From contig NC_068981.1 in assembly GCF_001194135.2 (NCBI RefSeq), positions 58,175,215-58,239,214 of the forward strand: DNA of 64,000 nucleotides. The letters are read 5' to 3'. Position 1 is the stretch's first letter. The number at the start of each line of letters is the position of its first letter. The notes under the pieces were generated by a model that saw nothing but the letters and a program-made list of their open reading frames with translations, was not told the DNA's origin and made no database searches. This DNA comes from Octopus bimaculoides (lineage: Eukaryota). Positions 53,290-64,000 of the stretch are shown one piece after another. The position numbers were made by a program, and so were the translations under genes.

Positions 53290-53628
53290 AAAGAACTTGC
53301 TGAGGCAAATTTTCTTTGGTTGGATAACATTCCTGTCAGCAACCCTCACCCATTTCCAATTAAGGTAATATTTCCCTGTCACCAGACATGTTGTCACAGA
53401 ATACTGGAAACAAAGGACACCACTTGCATGATGGTGACACTTGTTTACAACTATCACATGTCAAGGCCAGGAAACAGTAATACACACAGATCCATACATA
53501 TACTTATATACAATGAACTTCTTTCTGTTCCTGTCTACCAAATCCAGTCACAAAGTGTCACACAGAGGGACTGAACCTTAAACAATGTGGTTGGGAAACA
53601 AATATCATACTACACAGCCATGCCTGCC
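53290..53628 (-). mobile_element. CORE-like SINE, decayed
   Basis: Reverse complement of the 2701-3110 family. Confidence 0.6.
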
Positions 53629-54124
53629 TGCACCTATATAAATTTAAATAAACAAAGCAACCATTATGCCACAATGCAGAATGACCACTTACAGGTATTT
53701 CCATGAACCATCATAAGTCACTTGTATTAAACATCTTTGTAAGTTTTGCAAAATATGTCTTCAACTCCTAACCATGAGTTATTCATATCGTTATTTTGTC
53801 CCTGATCACTCCTAATCAAGCAGCCCAAGGATCAAGGGATTTCCAGCCATAAAATATCCCCTTACTTGATGTTAAAACAATAAGGTGAGATTTAAAGATG
53901 AATTGGTTGGTATTTCTGGCAGGTCAAACAATCACAGAGGTTTCTAAACTGACTCACATGATAGTAAGTGTAAAAACTGTACTGTTACTCAAAATAACAG
54001 TAAATATTATTACTCAATGCATTCACCTATTAAAAATTACTCCAACATTCCAGTTAATATCAAACAGCAATAATACATGTCAAAACTAATTTAAGTATGT
54101 ATTTAATACATATTTTAATTAAGT

Positions 54125-54295
54125 GAAATGCTTAGCAGTGTTTTGTCCATTCTGTTCTGGGTTCAAATTTCACCAAGGTCAACTTTGCCTTTCGTCCTTT
54201 AAGGGCCAATAAAATAAGTACCAGCTGAGTACTGATGGTCAATGTAATTGATGTAACTATTCCTGAGTAAGAGTATAAGACCTGTGCCCCTCTGC
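54125..54295 (+). mobile_element. Meta-like SINE
   Basis: AAATGCTTAGCAGTG...TTCAAATTTCACCAAGGTCAACTTTGCCTTTCGTCC...AATAAAATAAGTACCAG. Confidence 0.65.
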
Positions 54296-54899
54296 CAAGC
54301 CATGTCAAACCAGTGTGGCAGAGTAGGCTCATCAAACCAGCATCATCTCAAGCTCAAATTCATGGTCTACACATCAAACCATAATTGGTGGAGAGAACAT
54401 ACTGAGGCCTTCATCCTGATGTGGACAGAATATAGGCAATCCAATCAAATGTATTTAATAAAAGATTCCTTAGATTTTGTTTTTTCATTTGATCTGGAAG
54501 AAGAGACTGTACCCATGGCCATCATAAGCCTTCTGAGACCAACCAGACTGACTGAAGCACAAGGCCACAGTGTTGGGACTATGGAGAGAACAGCTGATTA
54601 AACTGACCCTTCTATTTCACTGGCATTTCATTTTATCAAAAAGAATGAAAGGCAAAGTCAACCTTAACAAGATCTAAACTCAGTGTATAAAAGAATACAA
54701 CTAAATATTGCACAGCATTTTTCTGTAACACTCGACTGATTCAATCAGTCCTCTGTCCTTGTGTTTATAAAAACTTCAAAACAATCCTTACTTTGCAGTT
54801 TATATGTCATCTTTAAATTTAAAAAGGAATACATACATAAAAAAAAAAGCTTGACAAAAATTATTGATTAAATTGTTCCAGTGAGGCAAGTTAGAAATT

Positions 54900-55149
54900 T
54901 ATTTACATTTGACAGTTATTTGTCCCCATCTCGTTTGTTGTTAACACAATGTTCCAGCTGATATACCCTCCAGCCTTCATCAGGTGTCTTGGGGGGAAAT
55001 TTCGAACCTGGGTTCTCATTCCTCAAGACACCTGATGAAGGCTGGAGGGTATATCAGCTGAAATGTGTTAACAACAAACAAGATGAGGACAAATATCTGT
55101 CAAATGTAAATAATGTACATAATTCCTTGTCTCTTAAATATAGAACTGT
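54900..55149. mobile_element. Penelope-like non-autonomous insertion: inverted repeat with hammerhead-like motifs, TSD-flanked
   Basis: Arms 54900-54994 and 55021-55112 differ by 5 substitutions and a 3-nt indel; TSD AAGTTAGAAATT at 54888-54899 and 55150-55161. Confidence 0.8.
55027..55069 (+). ncRNA. Decayed minimal type I hammerhead ribozyme motif (second copy on the minus strand, 54943-54988)
   Basis: GACAC-CTGATGA-A-GGCTG-N10-CAGCT-GAAA-T-GTGTT: helix I GACAC/GTGTT, helix II GGCTG/CAGCT; helix III and the cleavage triplet are damaged in both copies. Confidence 0.6.
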
Positions 55150-55726
55150 AAGTTAGAAATTGATTTACAATATATCTGTTTGGCTGTCATAATTCATTAA
55201 GCTGAAAGGGTTTCACTGTTCTAGTTAACATAACATTATATCCATACGTATAAAAATACATATAAAGAATAATCTTTATTTNNNNNNNNNNNNNNNNNNN
55301 NNNNNNNNNNNNNNNNNNNNNNNNNNNNNNNNNNNNNNNNNNNNNNNNNNNNNNNNNNNNNNNNNNNNNNNNNNNNNNNNNNNNNNNNNNNNNNNNNNNN
55401 NNNNNNNNNNNNNNNNNNNNNNNNNNNNNNNNNNNNNNNNNNNNNNNNNNNNNNNNNNNNNNNNNNNNNNNNNNNNNNNNNNNNNNNNNNNNNNNNNNNN
55501 NNNNNNNNNNNNNNNNNNNNNNNNNNNNNNNNNNNNNNNNNNNNNNNNNNNNNNNNNNNNNNNNNNNNNNNNNNNNNNNNNNNNNNNNNNNNNNNNNNNN
55601 NNNNNNNNNNNNNNNNNNNNNNNNNNNNNNNNNNNNNNNNNNNNNNNNNNNNNNNNNNNNNNNNNNNNNNNNNNNNNNNNNNNNNNNNNNNNNNNNNNNN
55701 NNNNNNNNNNNNNNNNNNNNNNNNNN

Positions 55727-56245
55727 TGTGTGTGTGTGTGTGTATTTGTCCCACCACCACCATCACTGCTACTTGACAACTGTATTGGCTTATGTCCCCA
55801 CAATGGTTTGGCAAAAGAGACTGATAGAATAAGCAGCAAACTTAAAGACAATAAGCGCTGGATTCACTAAACCCAGCTTGGCTATAGCCTAATGACTGAA
55901 ACAAGTGAAAGATATTTTTCATTTGTTCAAGAGTGGCTACATGGTAAGACGCTTGCTTCCCAACCAAGTAGTCTTAGTTCAGTTCCATTGCTTGGCACCT
56001 TGAGCAAGTGCCTTCCATCAAAGCCTTGTGAGTAGATTTGGCAGACAGAAACTGAAATAAAGCAGTGTGTGTGTGTCCATACATTGCTTGGCAACTGGTA
56101 TCAGTTTGTTCATGTTCCCATAACTTAGTGGTTCAGAAAAAAGAGACCAATAGGAAAAAAAATAAGTACTGAGCTTGTTTCATTCAACTAAATCCTTCAA
56201 GGTAGTAACCCAGCTTGGCCGCAGTCCAAAGACTGGAACAAGTAA
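55727..56245 (+). mobile_element. Two adjacent composite SINE copies/fragments next to a gap
   Basis: Two ...GACTG(A/G)AACAAGT 3' ends (about 55905 and 56243); head GTGGCTACATGGTAAGACGCTTGCTTCCCAACC at about 55933. Confidence 0.65.
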
Positions 56246-56664
56246 AAAATAACAACAAAAGACTTTTATTCTGCTTTCATCTAGGTATTACCACATAGCA
56301 GTTGGCAGAGCTATCTAATCCTGATCAACAAAGTCACCTCAAAAACATCAAGGTTGAGTTATATTTGACAACTGATTGTTTGAATACAGATGCCAAATCA
56401 TGTATTAAAGTATAAATTATAAAGAAATGTAAAACTAACCAAACAAAACTGAACTCTGCCAATATTGATATATCTAAAGCTGGAAACCATTTTCAGGTGA
56501 TGCTTTATTCCTTTTCAAGAATTTCCACCATTCGAAATAGATTGGTCATAGATATATTTCCACTCAGATTGAAATTTACACGTTTCCTCTTCCTTTTCCC
56601 TGTAATATTTCCACTCAATTAAATATAAATAAACATATTTAAAGATATCTTCCAATGAATTTGT

Positions 56665-59600
56665 TGTAACAATGTTTATCTAGATACAGCTATAGTTTCA
56701 TACAATCCTTTATGTCTGGAATATTTATGTGACTAAATAACCAAGCTGTTACATCAAACTGGCAGCCAACTTAAATAGATTTAATCATCTGCATGCATGC
56801 AATAATAAAAGCATAATAATAATGACATCATATTCCCAGAAAATTAATTTGTTTTGTTTCTTTTCTTGTTCAAGAATTGCATCTACTATCATCTACAAAG
56901 TTTGTTCCTGTATCAGGATCATAATCTTTATTAATAGAGTGTGGAATTCCATTTAAACCTTCAGGGACTGATTCTGCATTCTTGTTACTATCAGTATTTG
57001 TGTCATTATTTATTTGATTGATACAGGTGAGTCCACCCTAATCAATCTTAAGAATCACAACTGTGTTGTTTCCTTTTTGAAATATAAGTCAAGCTTCTTG
57101 TGGTTCATTATTTCTTCTGCATCAATATCAAACAAGAGATGTAATTTCATTAGGCATTATTATTAGTGGTTGCATTTAAAACCAATCAAAGCTGATGAAC
57201 CAGAACATTTTCTGGAGAGAAGGATTGTTCTATGACTCAAAAGCATACAGCTTAAATAAACATTCATATAACCTTCACTTGATTATGCATTTAAACCTAT
57301 TTTAAACACTTACAAGCATTCTTTCAGCAATTTCATTTGATTCCAAATGATATGGAAACATTTTCATAAGTTTACATCCAATCTTATCAAGCTATATACA
57401 AAAATCTGTCATAAAATCCACAAGCATTATCAGACACTCATGTTTCTGTACATTATTACTGGCAAACATAGTTCCTAATAATGTCTGTTTCTACTTCTTT
57501 ATACTTTTATTACTTCTTGCCACTTGTCGTATACATCAACAATTATTAAAAATAGGCTGTAATTCTTGACATAAGCGTGATCCATATGCACTCACAAGTA
57601 AGATGTGCCTCACCACAGCCTCTCTAAAAGGGCAGAAATGACCAATTAACCCATGTCAGCATGGAAAGCTGACATAAAATGATGATGATGATTATCTATA
57701 CTTTATTTTCTTTAAAGCCGTATGTTCAGTGTGAGGTAATTCCAGTTTTATTCAAGCATATGTCAGATATCTCTTTACACAGCATTCCACATCTTCATGT
57801 TAACCTGACTGCCATGTTAACCTGACTTTCCAATTCCAACAGGTTCCTAATTGTTGTTGAACCAATGTGCATCATTATGCAGATGGGTGGAACAATATTC
57901 TATTATATAAAGTACCAACTTCAATGATTAGCTTATTTTTTAATGATTTAAATAGCCCTTCAATAACAGAATAATTGTTCCAATTATCATTAAAATAAAC
58001 CAGTTTCCAACACCGTTTTCCAACAGTTTGTGAAATATGGCTGAAGGAATTATTGTGATCATATATATCCTAATGAACATTATCACTAAATTCCTACTGT
58101 GATAATGCCTAAACTCATGATATTTGAGAACTTTTACATAAAGATGCTTCATAAATGCTGTCATATGCAAGGCCCATCTTAAAATATCTATGGATGATAC
58201 CTTTAGTAATCCATAATTTTTGCAAAGTATAAATTCTAGTGGCCTCTTTTCTGAAACTAATTTAAATTCTTTGCCATGTAAAAAATGCTTTACTCTTTGA
58301 GTACACTATAAAATTGCCAAAAGTTCCTTTTCAATATTGAGTATCTTATTTCAGCTTTGATTGATATCCTTGGCAAATATTAATGCAGGATGGTCAGCTA
58401 GTGAAAGCTTTCCTGATATTGCCCTTTTACTTGCATCAGTTAAGACAACCCCTTTCATGATATAAATCTAGGCCACTGGTTTTGAAACTAGCATTGACAT
58501 TATCTATTGAAATGCTTTTTATTGTTGGGTCTCCTACATTTATGAAGTGATGCAAAAAGTGATATGCAATCTGAATTATGATGAACAAATGAAAAACAAA
58601 CCTGAGAAATGACTATAATTGCTTGTCCTTTAGCAGTTTTACATCCATAATTTTCTCCCTCTTCATAGATATAGCTTGAATGATTACCCTGTCTGACAAT
58701 TGCAAACTATTTTTATGATCTTATCTACCTTGATATAAATTTTTAGTTCTAGCACCAATACATATATCATCTTGATAAAAGTAATACAATCTATGTAATT
58801 ACCAGCATGTTCAACTGCACTCTGAAATATAACACTGGCTATTTTAATTCCATATAAAATACATATCTAACTTGAAAGGCCCACATATATTTGCAATGGT
58901 CTTGTTTCAAAATAAATGGCTTGATACTTCCTTTGAGAAGATGCTCCCCTTCAAACCTCTTAACTTGCCAAATTGTCCTGGGGTGTCAAGCTCATGAATT
59001 GATGTTGAGCTACTGACATTCATCATATTCATTCCAAACAAACCATGCTTTTTTTTTTTAACATGCCACAATAATAATATTCACAATCTCATACTCTTAT
59101 CAATTTCCATTAATGCATCAAATTTTCCCACAATTTCAGTGAGTGAGCCATCAAACCAGTTTAGCTGGAGATCACACTTTCTTATTTTTGTCATGTAGTT
59201 ACTCGTTGCCAATTATTGTAGTATCACCACTATTTATGACGCTACTTATTTACACTATAACCATGTAGTAACAAAATATATAATGAAGCAGGGTAACAAC
59301 AATGTAACAATCCAACAAACTCTTCGCGAACTATACACAAACCAACAAACGATATTCCAACAAACTACCAAAACAACACCTTACAACTTCCTGCGATTAA
59401 CACCAACTCTCTCGTATCTCACTCAGACCACTACTATTTATAGTCGTTCAGTCAAATCTATACTCGTAAGGGGTGTCAAGATTCTTGCCACAACACTTAT
59501 GTTTGGTTTATTCAAATCCATCCAGAAATTTCAAAGTATCTTAATACTGCATTGTAAAATCAACATTGATCATAGTAGTATTTCAGGCCAAATTCCTATA

Positions 59601-60636
59601 TACTTAAACTAGAATCTATGCTTTGCAAAAATAGTGATCTACCAAAAATTACTTTCTTCAGGAGAAACTTCATCTAAAAGGCCTTTGTTAAGTTTATGAC
59701 CAAATTAAATTTTTTAGGCCAAACAGAAAATGTATCTCGCAGCAAATGAAGAGGTTGAGTAAATAGATATTTCCTTCAGAAGCTATGCAAAAATGGTGCC
59801 AAATCTTTTTAATTTAAAAAAAAAATTTTTTTATTTATTTATTTTTGTGGAGAGGAATGCACAAGGTAGATTGTCATACTGCGTTAGAGTGATTTTCTTT
59901 TGTCACACTCAATATACATTTTACCAAACAGAGGAGATTTTGATGGTACATACTTATATAGAGAAAAGTGACATTTATCATCAGATTTATACTTGTCTTT
60001 ATCAACAGGTGACACAATAACATCATTTTCGCTTATTTCAATTATCTGAAAATTAGAATTCATTTAATATATACATTAAGCTTTGGACTACCTGACTGAA
60101 GATAGTCTAATACTTTCACATGATATTCAAATGATTGCATGTCATCTATGAATCTTGTTTTAATCATACCTTCTGCACAGTCCTTTATCGAGTTTACAAA
60201 AATGAGTAGATTCACATTTAAGAATAATCTTGAATAGATTCAGTCAGGTTTTGATGTGATAAGAATCTGACCCTTTTAGCAATTATCAATTTCATTTGGA
60301 GATGTTTCAGAAGTCTCACTGTAACTAAAACATTTGTGTGGCCATCTTTCCTGATTAAGATAAATACAAATCATATTTGGTTTCTATACTGGTGCCCAGA
60401 AGGACTTTCATTGGTTGTAACAGCAAAGCATTGCAGTAGAGAGTGTCATGTCTAGGTCATTCAGTGGAAGTTCAGTTATTTATCAATTACACCAATTCCA
60501 TGTCATACAGTATTTATCCAGTGTTTAGATGCACTAAGCTTTTATTAAATTGTTTAGGCAAGATGTTACATTAAGCCTGTAGTCACATACAAACATGCAA
60601 AACACATGCAATAATATTGGTATCACAATGACATCA
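56665..60636 (-). mobile_element. Ancient near-full-length Gypsy LTR retrotransposon (gag, PR, RT, RNase H, integrase), heavily decayed
   Basis: Minus-strand remnants in order: gag KLIIAKRVRF...ESIQDY (about 60200-60300); RT FYQDDICIGARTK (about 58750-58780); RNase H LTDASKRAISG and NIEKELLAI; integrase IIVDVYDKWQEV, VSDN, PYHLESNEIAER; diverged LTR-like pair 56665-56830 and 60501-60636. Confidence 0.7.
59217..59495 (-). mobile_element. Probable solo LTR nested in the ancient Gypsy protease region
   Basis: TG...CA ends; flanks ATTAT/CTTAT (4 of 5 match as TSD); TATAAATA on the minus strand at 59435-59442; CpG-rich relative to the flanks. Confidence 0.5.
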
Positions 60637-62259
60637 CAGGATTCATAAGTGATCACCATTGTTATTTGAAACCTATGATTAAAGGGGCCCCTGCCACTAT
60701 GACTGTCCTGTCCTACTGTCAAGTATTCCATATTTATATTATACAAGTTCTTCATTTTTTTTTAAACAGTGAAATTTGAGACTAGCTTGGATAATACTTC
60801 TTTCTAGCAGGTTGTTGGTTCATAATATTTAACATTAGTTTCATAGTGTTAAGTAGGTAACATAGAGCTTTCCCTAGAAAAGACCCTAGTCTAAAATAAA
60901 TAATATTCAATTAATGAGCAGTAAATCCAGTGTCAGCTAGATAAACTGTGGCACATAAAGTGTGCTGCCAAAGTACAAGAGAAAATTTATACAGAAAAAT
61001 TAAACTCGAAGCCTATTAGCATACTTCCTTCGCTATTTTTGCATTAAGCCACTGCTGCATCATCCCCTTCTTGTCCTTCTACCTACAGCACTGAATTCAG
61101 AATGCATTGAGCTAGAATATGCACTGTAAAGTATCTTGTTTGATATTGACAAGTTCACAAATCCATAACCCTTGACAGGTACATTTTTTTTTTCTTAATC
61201 AATCCGTAAAAGATGGAAAGAAATATGACTATGGCAAGATTTGAACTGAAGGTACAGGATACTGCAAGACATCTAACTCCCAAACAACTCTACCAACATG
61301 CTGCCTTCTGAGTGTTACAAGGCCTGCTTATATTATGCTAGTATGATTGCTTCTTTCCTATGTAGTTTCAAGATGAAGGTTCAAAAATTGCATACATCTC
61401 CCCATCAGCTGTTTTGTTTTTATATCCATTTCACCCCTACACATACATGCTTAAATATATTATTTATCAATAAAGGTCTAGAGCAAGCATTCACTTATTT
61501 GTGACCTGGTGGAATTGACAGTCTTAGATCAATAATGCTAATTAAATGCAGAATCACACACCAAAAGCCTAATTTTAACTCAGAACTTTTACTCTACATA
61601 AAGAGTCAGGTGTTTTAAGATTTGTTAGGATAAAGACTTCCAGCAATTATTGTATCAGAAAAAAGTATGTGATAAAACTTATTAATAGCATAAAAAAAAG
61701 CCCAGTCAGACATATATGATAAAAGCAACACTTATATGTAACATACATACTGGTTAGCATATTTTTCTGGCTAGTAGGACATGCATCGCTTGATTTACAT
61801 CATCAATAATTTTGTTGTTATTTTTACTCTTGAATTGCCATTTACACATGTATACCATTTAATATTGCTGATGTAAAAATCTTTATTAATGTGCAATATT
61901 TATTAACAAGTTTTTATATAAATATATAGAGTGGTTTGAAAGTTATTGTAAATGTATCCTATAACTAGTCCCAGTAACAATTATTTATTTCTACACAGGA
62001 TATAAATTGTCATTTGCTTCTATGTAATAATATGGTGTGAGAGAAATGGGAGTTGGGATATTCATGCTTACAAAATCACCATTCATGAGAAGTTAAAATA
62101 ATTATTTTCAGCAGTGAACAAAATACATGTTACAGTGTCACTGCTAAGTTACCAAGCATGAACAACCAATTATTGGCACTCACTCCCATTAACCAACAAG
62201 ATATTTCTTTAAATTTATATATACACATACAAATATATAAATTTACATACATGCCAGTG

Positions 62260-63134
62260 TTGCATGTCTGGCCCATTTAAGAGTACCCTTGATGTGTTAG
62301 GCGATATGATATCCTTGAGAAGACCTGTTGAGTCAAGTAAAACCAAAATCGTAGCTGTGACCCAGTACCCACTGGCTGGCTCCTGTTCTGGTGGCACACA
62401 AAATGCATCATCTGAATGTGGTCAATGCCAGTGTTTCCAGACTGTTTCCCGTGCTAGTGGCACATTAAAAGTACCATCCAGATGTGGTTGATGCCAGGTC
62501 TGATTCACTGGCTCCTGTGCCAGTGGCACGTAAGAAGCACCATGGAAAATAGCTGATGACAGTACCCACTGACTGACTCCCGTGCTGGTGGCATGTAAAA
62601 GGCACTATCCGAACATGAAAAATGCCAGGGCCACCTGACTCGCTGCTGGTGGTACATTAAATGCACCATTCAAATGTGGCTGATGCCAGTACCCACTGAC
62701 TGGCTACTGTGCTGGTGGCATATAAAATGCATCATCCAAATCTGGTCAATGCCTGCTGGGGCAAGCGAAAGTGAAATTGTGATGGCACCTGTGCCCAGCG
62801 TCGACTTCCTGGCAGTTGTGCTGGTGACACATGTAAAGACATTCGAGCGAGATCATTGCCAGTGCCGTTGGACAGGCTCCTGTGCAGGTGACACATAAAA
62901 TACATCATTTTGAGCATGGCTGTTGCTGGTACTGCCTGACTGGCCTTCGTACTGGTGGCACGTAAAAGCACACACTACACTCTCAGAGTGGTTAGCGTTA
63001 GGAACGGCATCCAGCTGTAGAAACTCTACCAAATAAGATTGGAGCCTGGTGTAGCCATTTGGTTCATCAGTCCTCAGTCAAATCGTCCAACCCATGCTAG
63101 AATGGAAAGCGGTCGTTAAACGATGATGATGATA
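62260..63134 (+). mobile_element. RTE 3' UTR fragment with an expanded array (about 10 units) and GAT tail
   Basis: Repeated GACTGGCTCCTGTGCCAGTGGCACGTAA..AGCACC units of about 60-65 bp; tail GGAAAGCGGTCGTTAAACGATGATGATGAT. Confidence 0.85.
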
Positions 63135-63427
63135 ATGATATACGTATATAGATATATATATGCATATATATATATGTATATAGATATATATATACCTATA
63201 TATATATATACGTATATAGATATATATATATACACATATATATATGCATAAACATATATCGACATAAATACATATATATATATATATATATACACACACA
63301 TATATATACATATATATATATATATACATATATACATATATATACACACACATATATATATATACATATACATATAAGTATATAGATATATATATGTGTA
63401 TATATATACATATATATGTATGTATAT

Positions 63428-63467
<40 letters not shown>

Positions 63468-63642
63468 NNNNNNNNNNTATATATACACATATAGATATAT
63501 ATATATATATATATATATACTCACATAGATAAATAAATATACACACACATATATATAGGTATATATATGCATACATATATATACATATATATATACATAA
63601 ATATATATATATACATATATATATGTATAAATAGATATATAT
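63135..63642. repeat. Complex (TA)n/(CATA)n microsatellite containing a 10-N gap
   Basis: Visible directly; N at 63468-63477. Confidence 0.97.
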
Positions 63643-63644
63643 AT

Positions 63645-63961
63645 GCCAGTGCCGCCTGGCTGGCGTTCGTGGGATTTTCGAGCGAGACCGTTGCCGGTGC
63701 CCCTGGACTGGCTCTTGTGAGGGTGAGATCGTTGCAGGTGCCCCCTGGACTCGCTCATGTGCGGGTGACACATGGGGCCTTTCGAGCGGGATCGTTGCCA
63801 GTGCCCCTGGACTGGCTCTTGTGAGGGTGACACATGAAATTTTTCAAGCGAGATCGTTGCCGGTGCCCTTGGGCTGGCTCTTGTGAGGGTGACACATGAA
63901 ATTTTTCGAGCGAGATCGTTGCCGGTGCCCCTGGGTTGGCTCTTGTGCGGGTGACACATGA
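63645..63961 (+). repeat. 62-bp minisatellite derived from the RTE 3' UTR unit
   Basis: Units anchored at about 63685, 63726, 63789, 63851 and 63913 (periods 41, 63, 62, 62). Confidence 0.9.
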
Positions 63962-64000
63962 GTGGCTGTGGTCATGCTGGAGCACCACCGTGATTTTCTG

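Noticed and set aside
55236-55851. ORFs of about 190 aa
   Set aside because: Mostly X from the 445-N gap (55282-55726).
57796-57827. Short tandem duplications (17-bp period here; 20-bp period at 19539-19578)
   Set aside because: Ordinary slippage duplications with no further structure.
62345-62975. CRISPR-like appearance (palindromic repeat plus variable linker)
   Set aside because: Linkers are homologous to one another, the array is embedded in a LINE 3' UTR, there are no cas genes and the context is eukaryotic.
63078-63988. Longest ORFs in the track (293 aa, 191 aa)
   Set aside because: They read through a minisatellite, a TA microsatellite and an N-gap; not proteins.

Overview
AT-rich eukaryotic DNA made almost entirely of transposable-element remains. 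The repeat repertoire points to an octopod cephalopod genome (inference from remembered repeat families, not a database hit): tRNA-derived SINEs with RTE-like (GAT)n tails, RTE LINEs, Tc1/mariner elements, Gypsy LTR elements and long CA/TA microsatellites. I found no intact protein-coding gene, rRNA, true tRNA or CRISPR array. The ORF track is explained by decayed TE reading frames, microsatellites, N-gaps or chance. Recognisable elements are four Tc1/mariner-superfamily copies, several RTE LINE pieces including an old BovB-like copy, CR1/L2-, R4/Dong- and CRE-like LINE fragments, a Gypsy integrase fragment, an internally deleted Gypsy element with both LTRs and a 5-bp TSD (38101-40672), an ancient near-complete Gypsy element (56665-60636) carrying a probable solo LTR, and many SINEs. 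The most unusual items are RNA-structure-bearing elements: (1) a TSD-flanked palindrome of about 210 bp whose two arms each carry a decayed minimal hammerhead-ribozyme motif (54888-55161); (2) a GC-rich, terminally redundant 278-bp unit resembling a circular-RNA-derived insertion (27096-27437); (3) an expandable hairpin-repeat array of about 62 bp in RTE 3' UTRs that also occurs alone as a minisatellite; (4) a tail-to-tail inverted RTE pair able to form dsRNA. A minus-strand host gene with long introns is possible but unproven.
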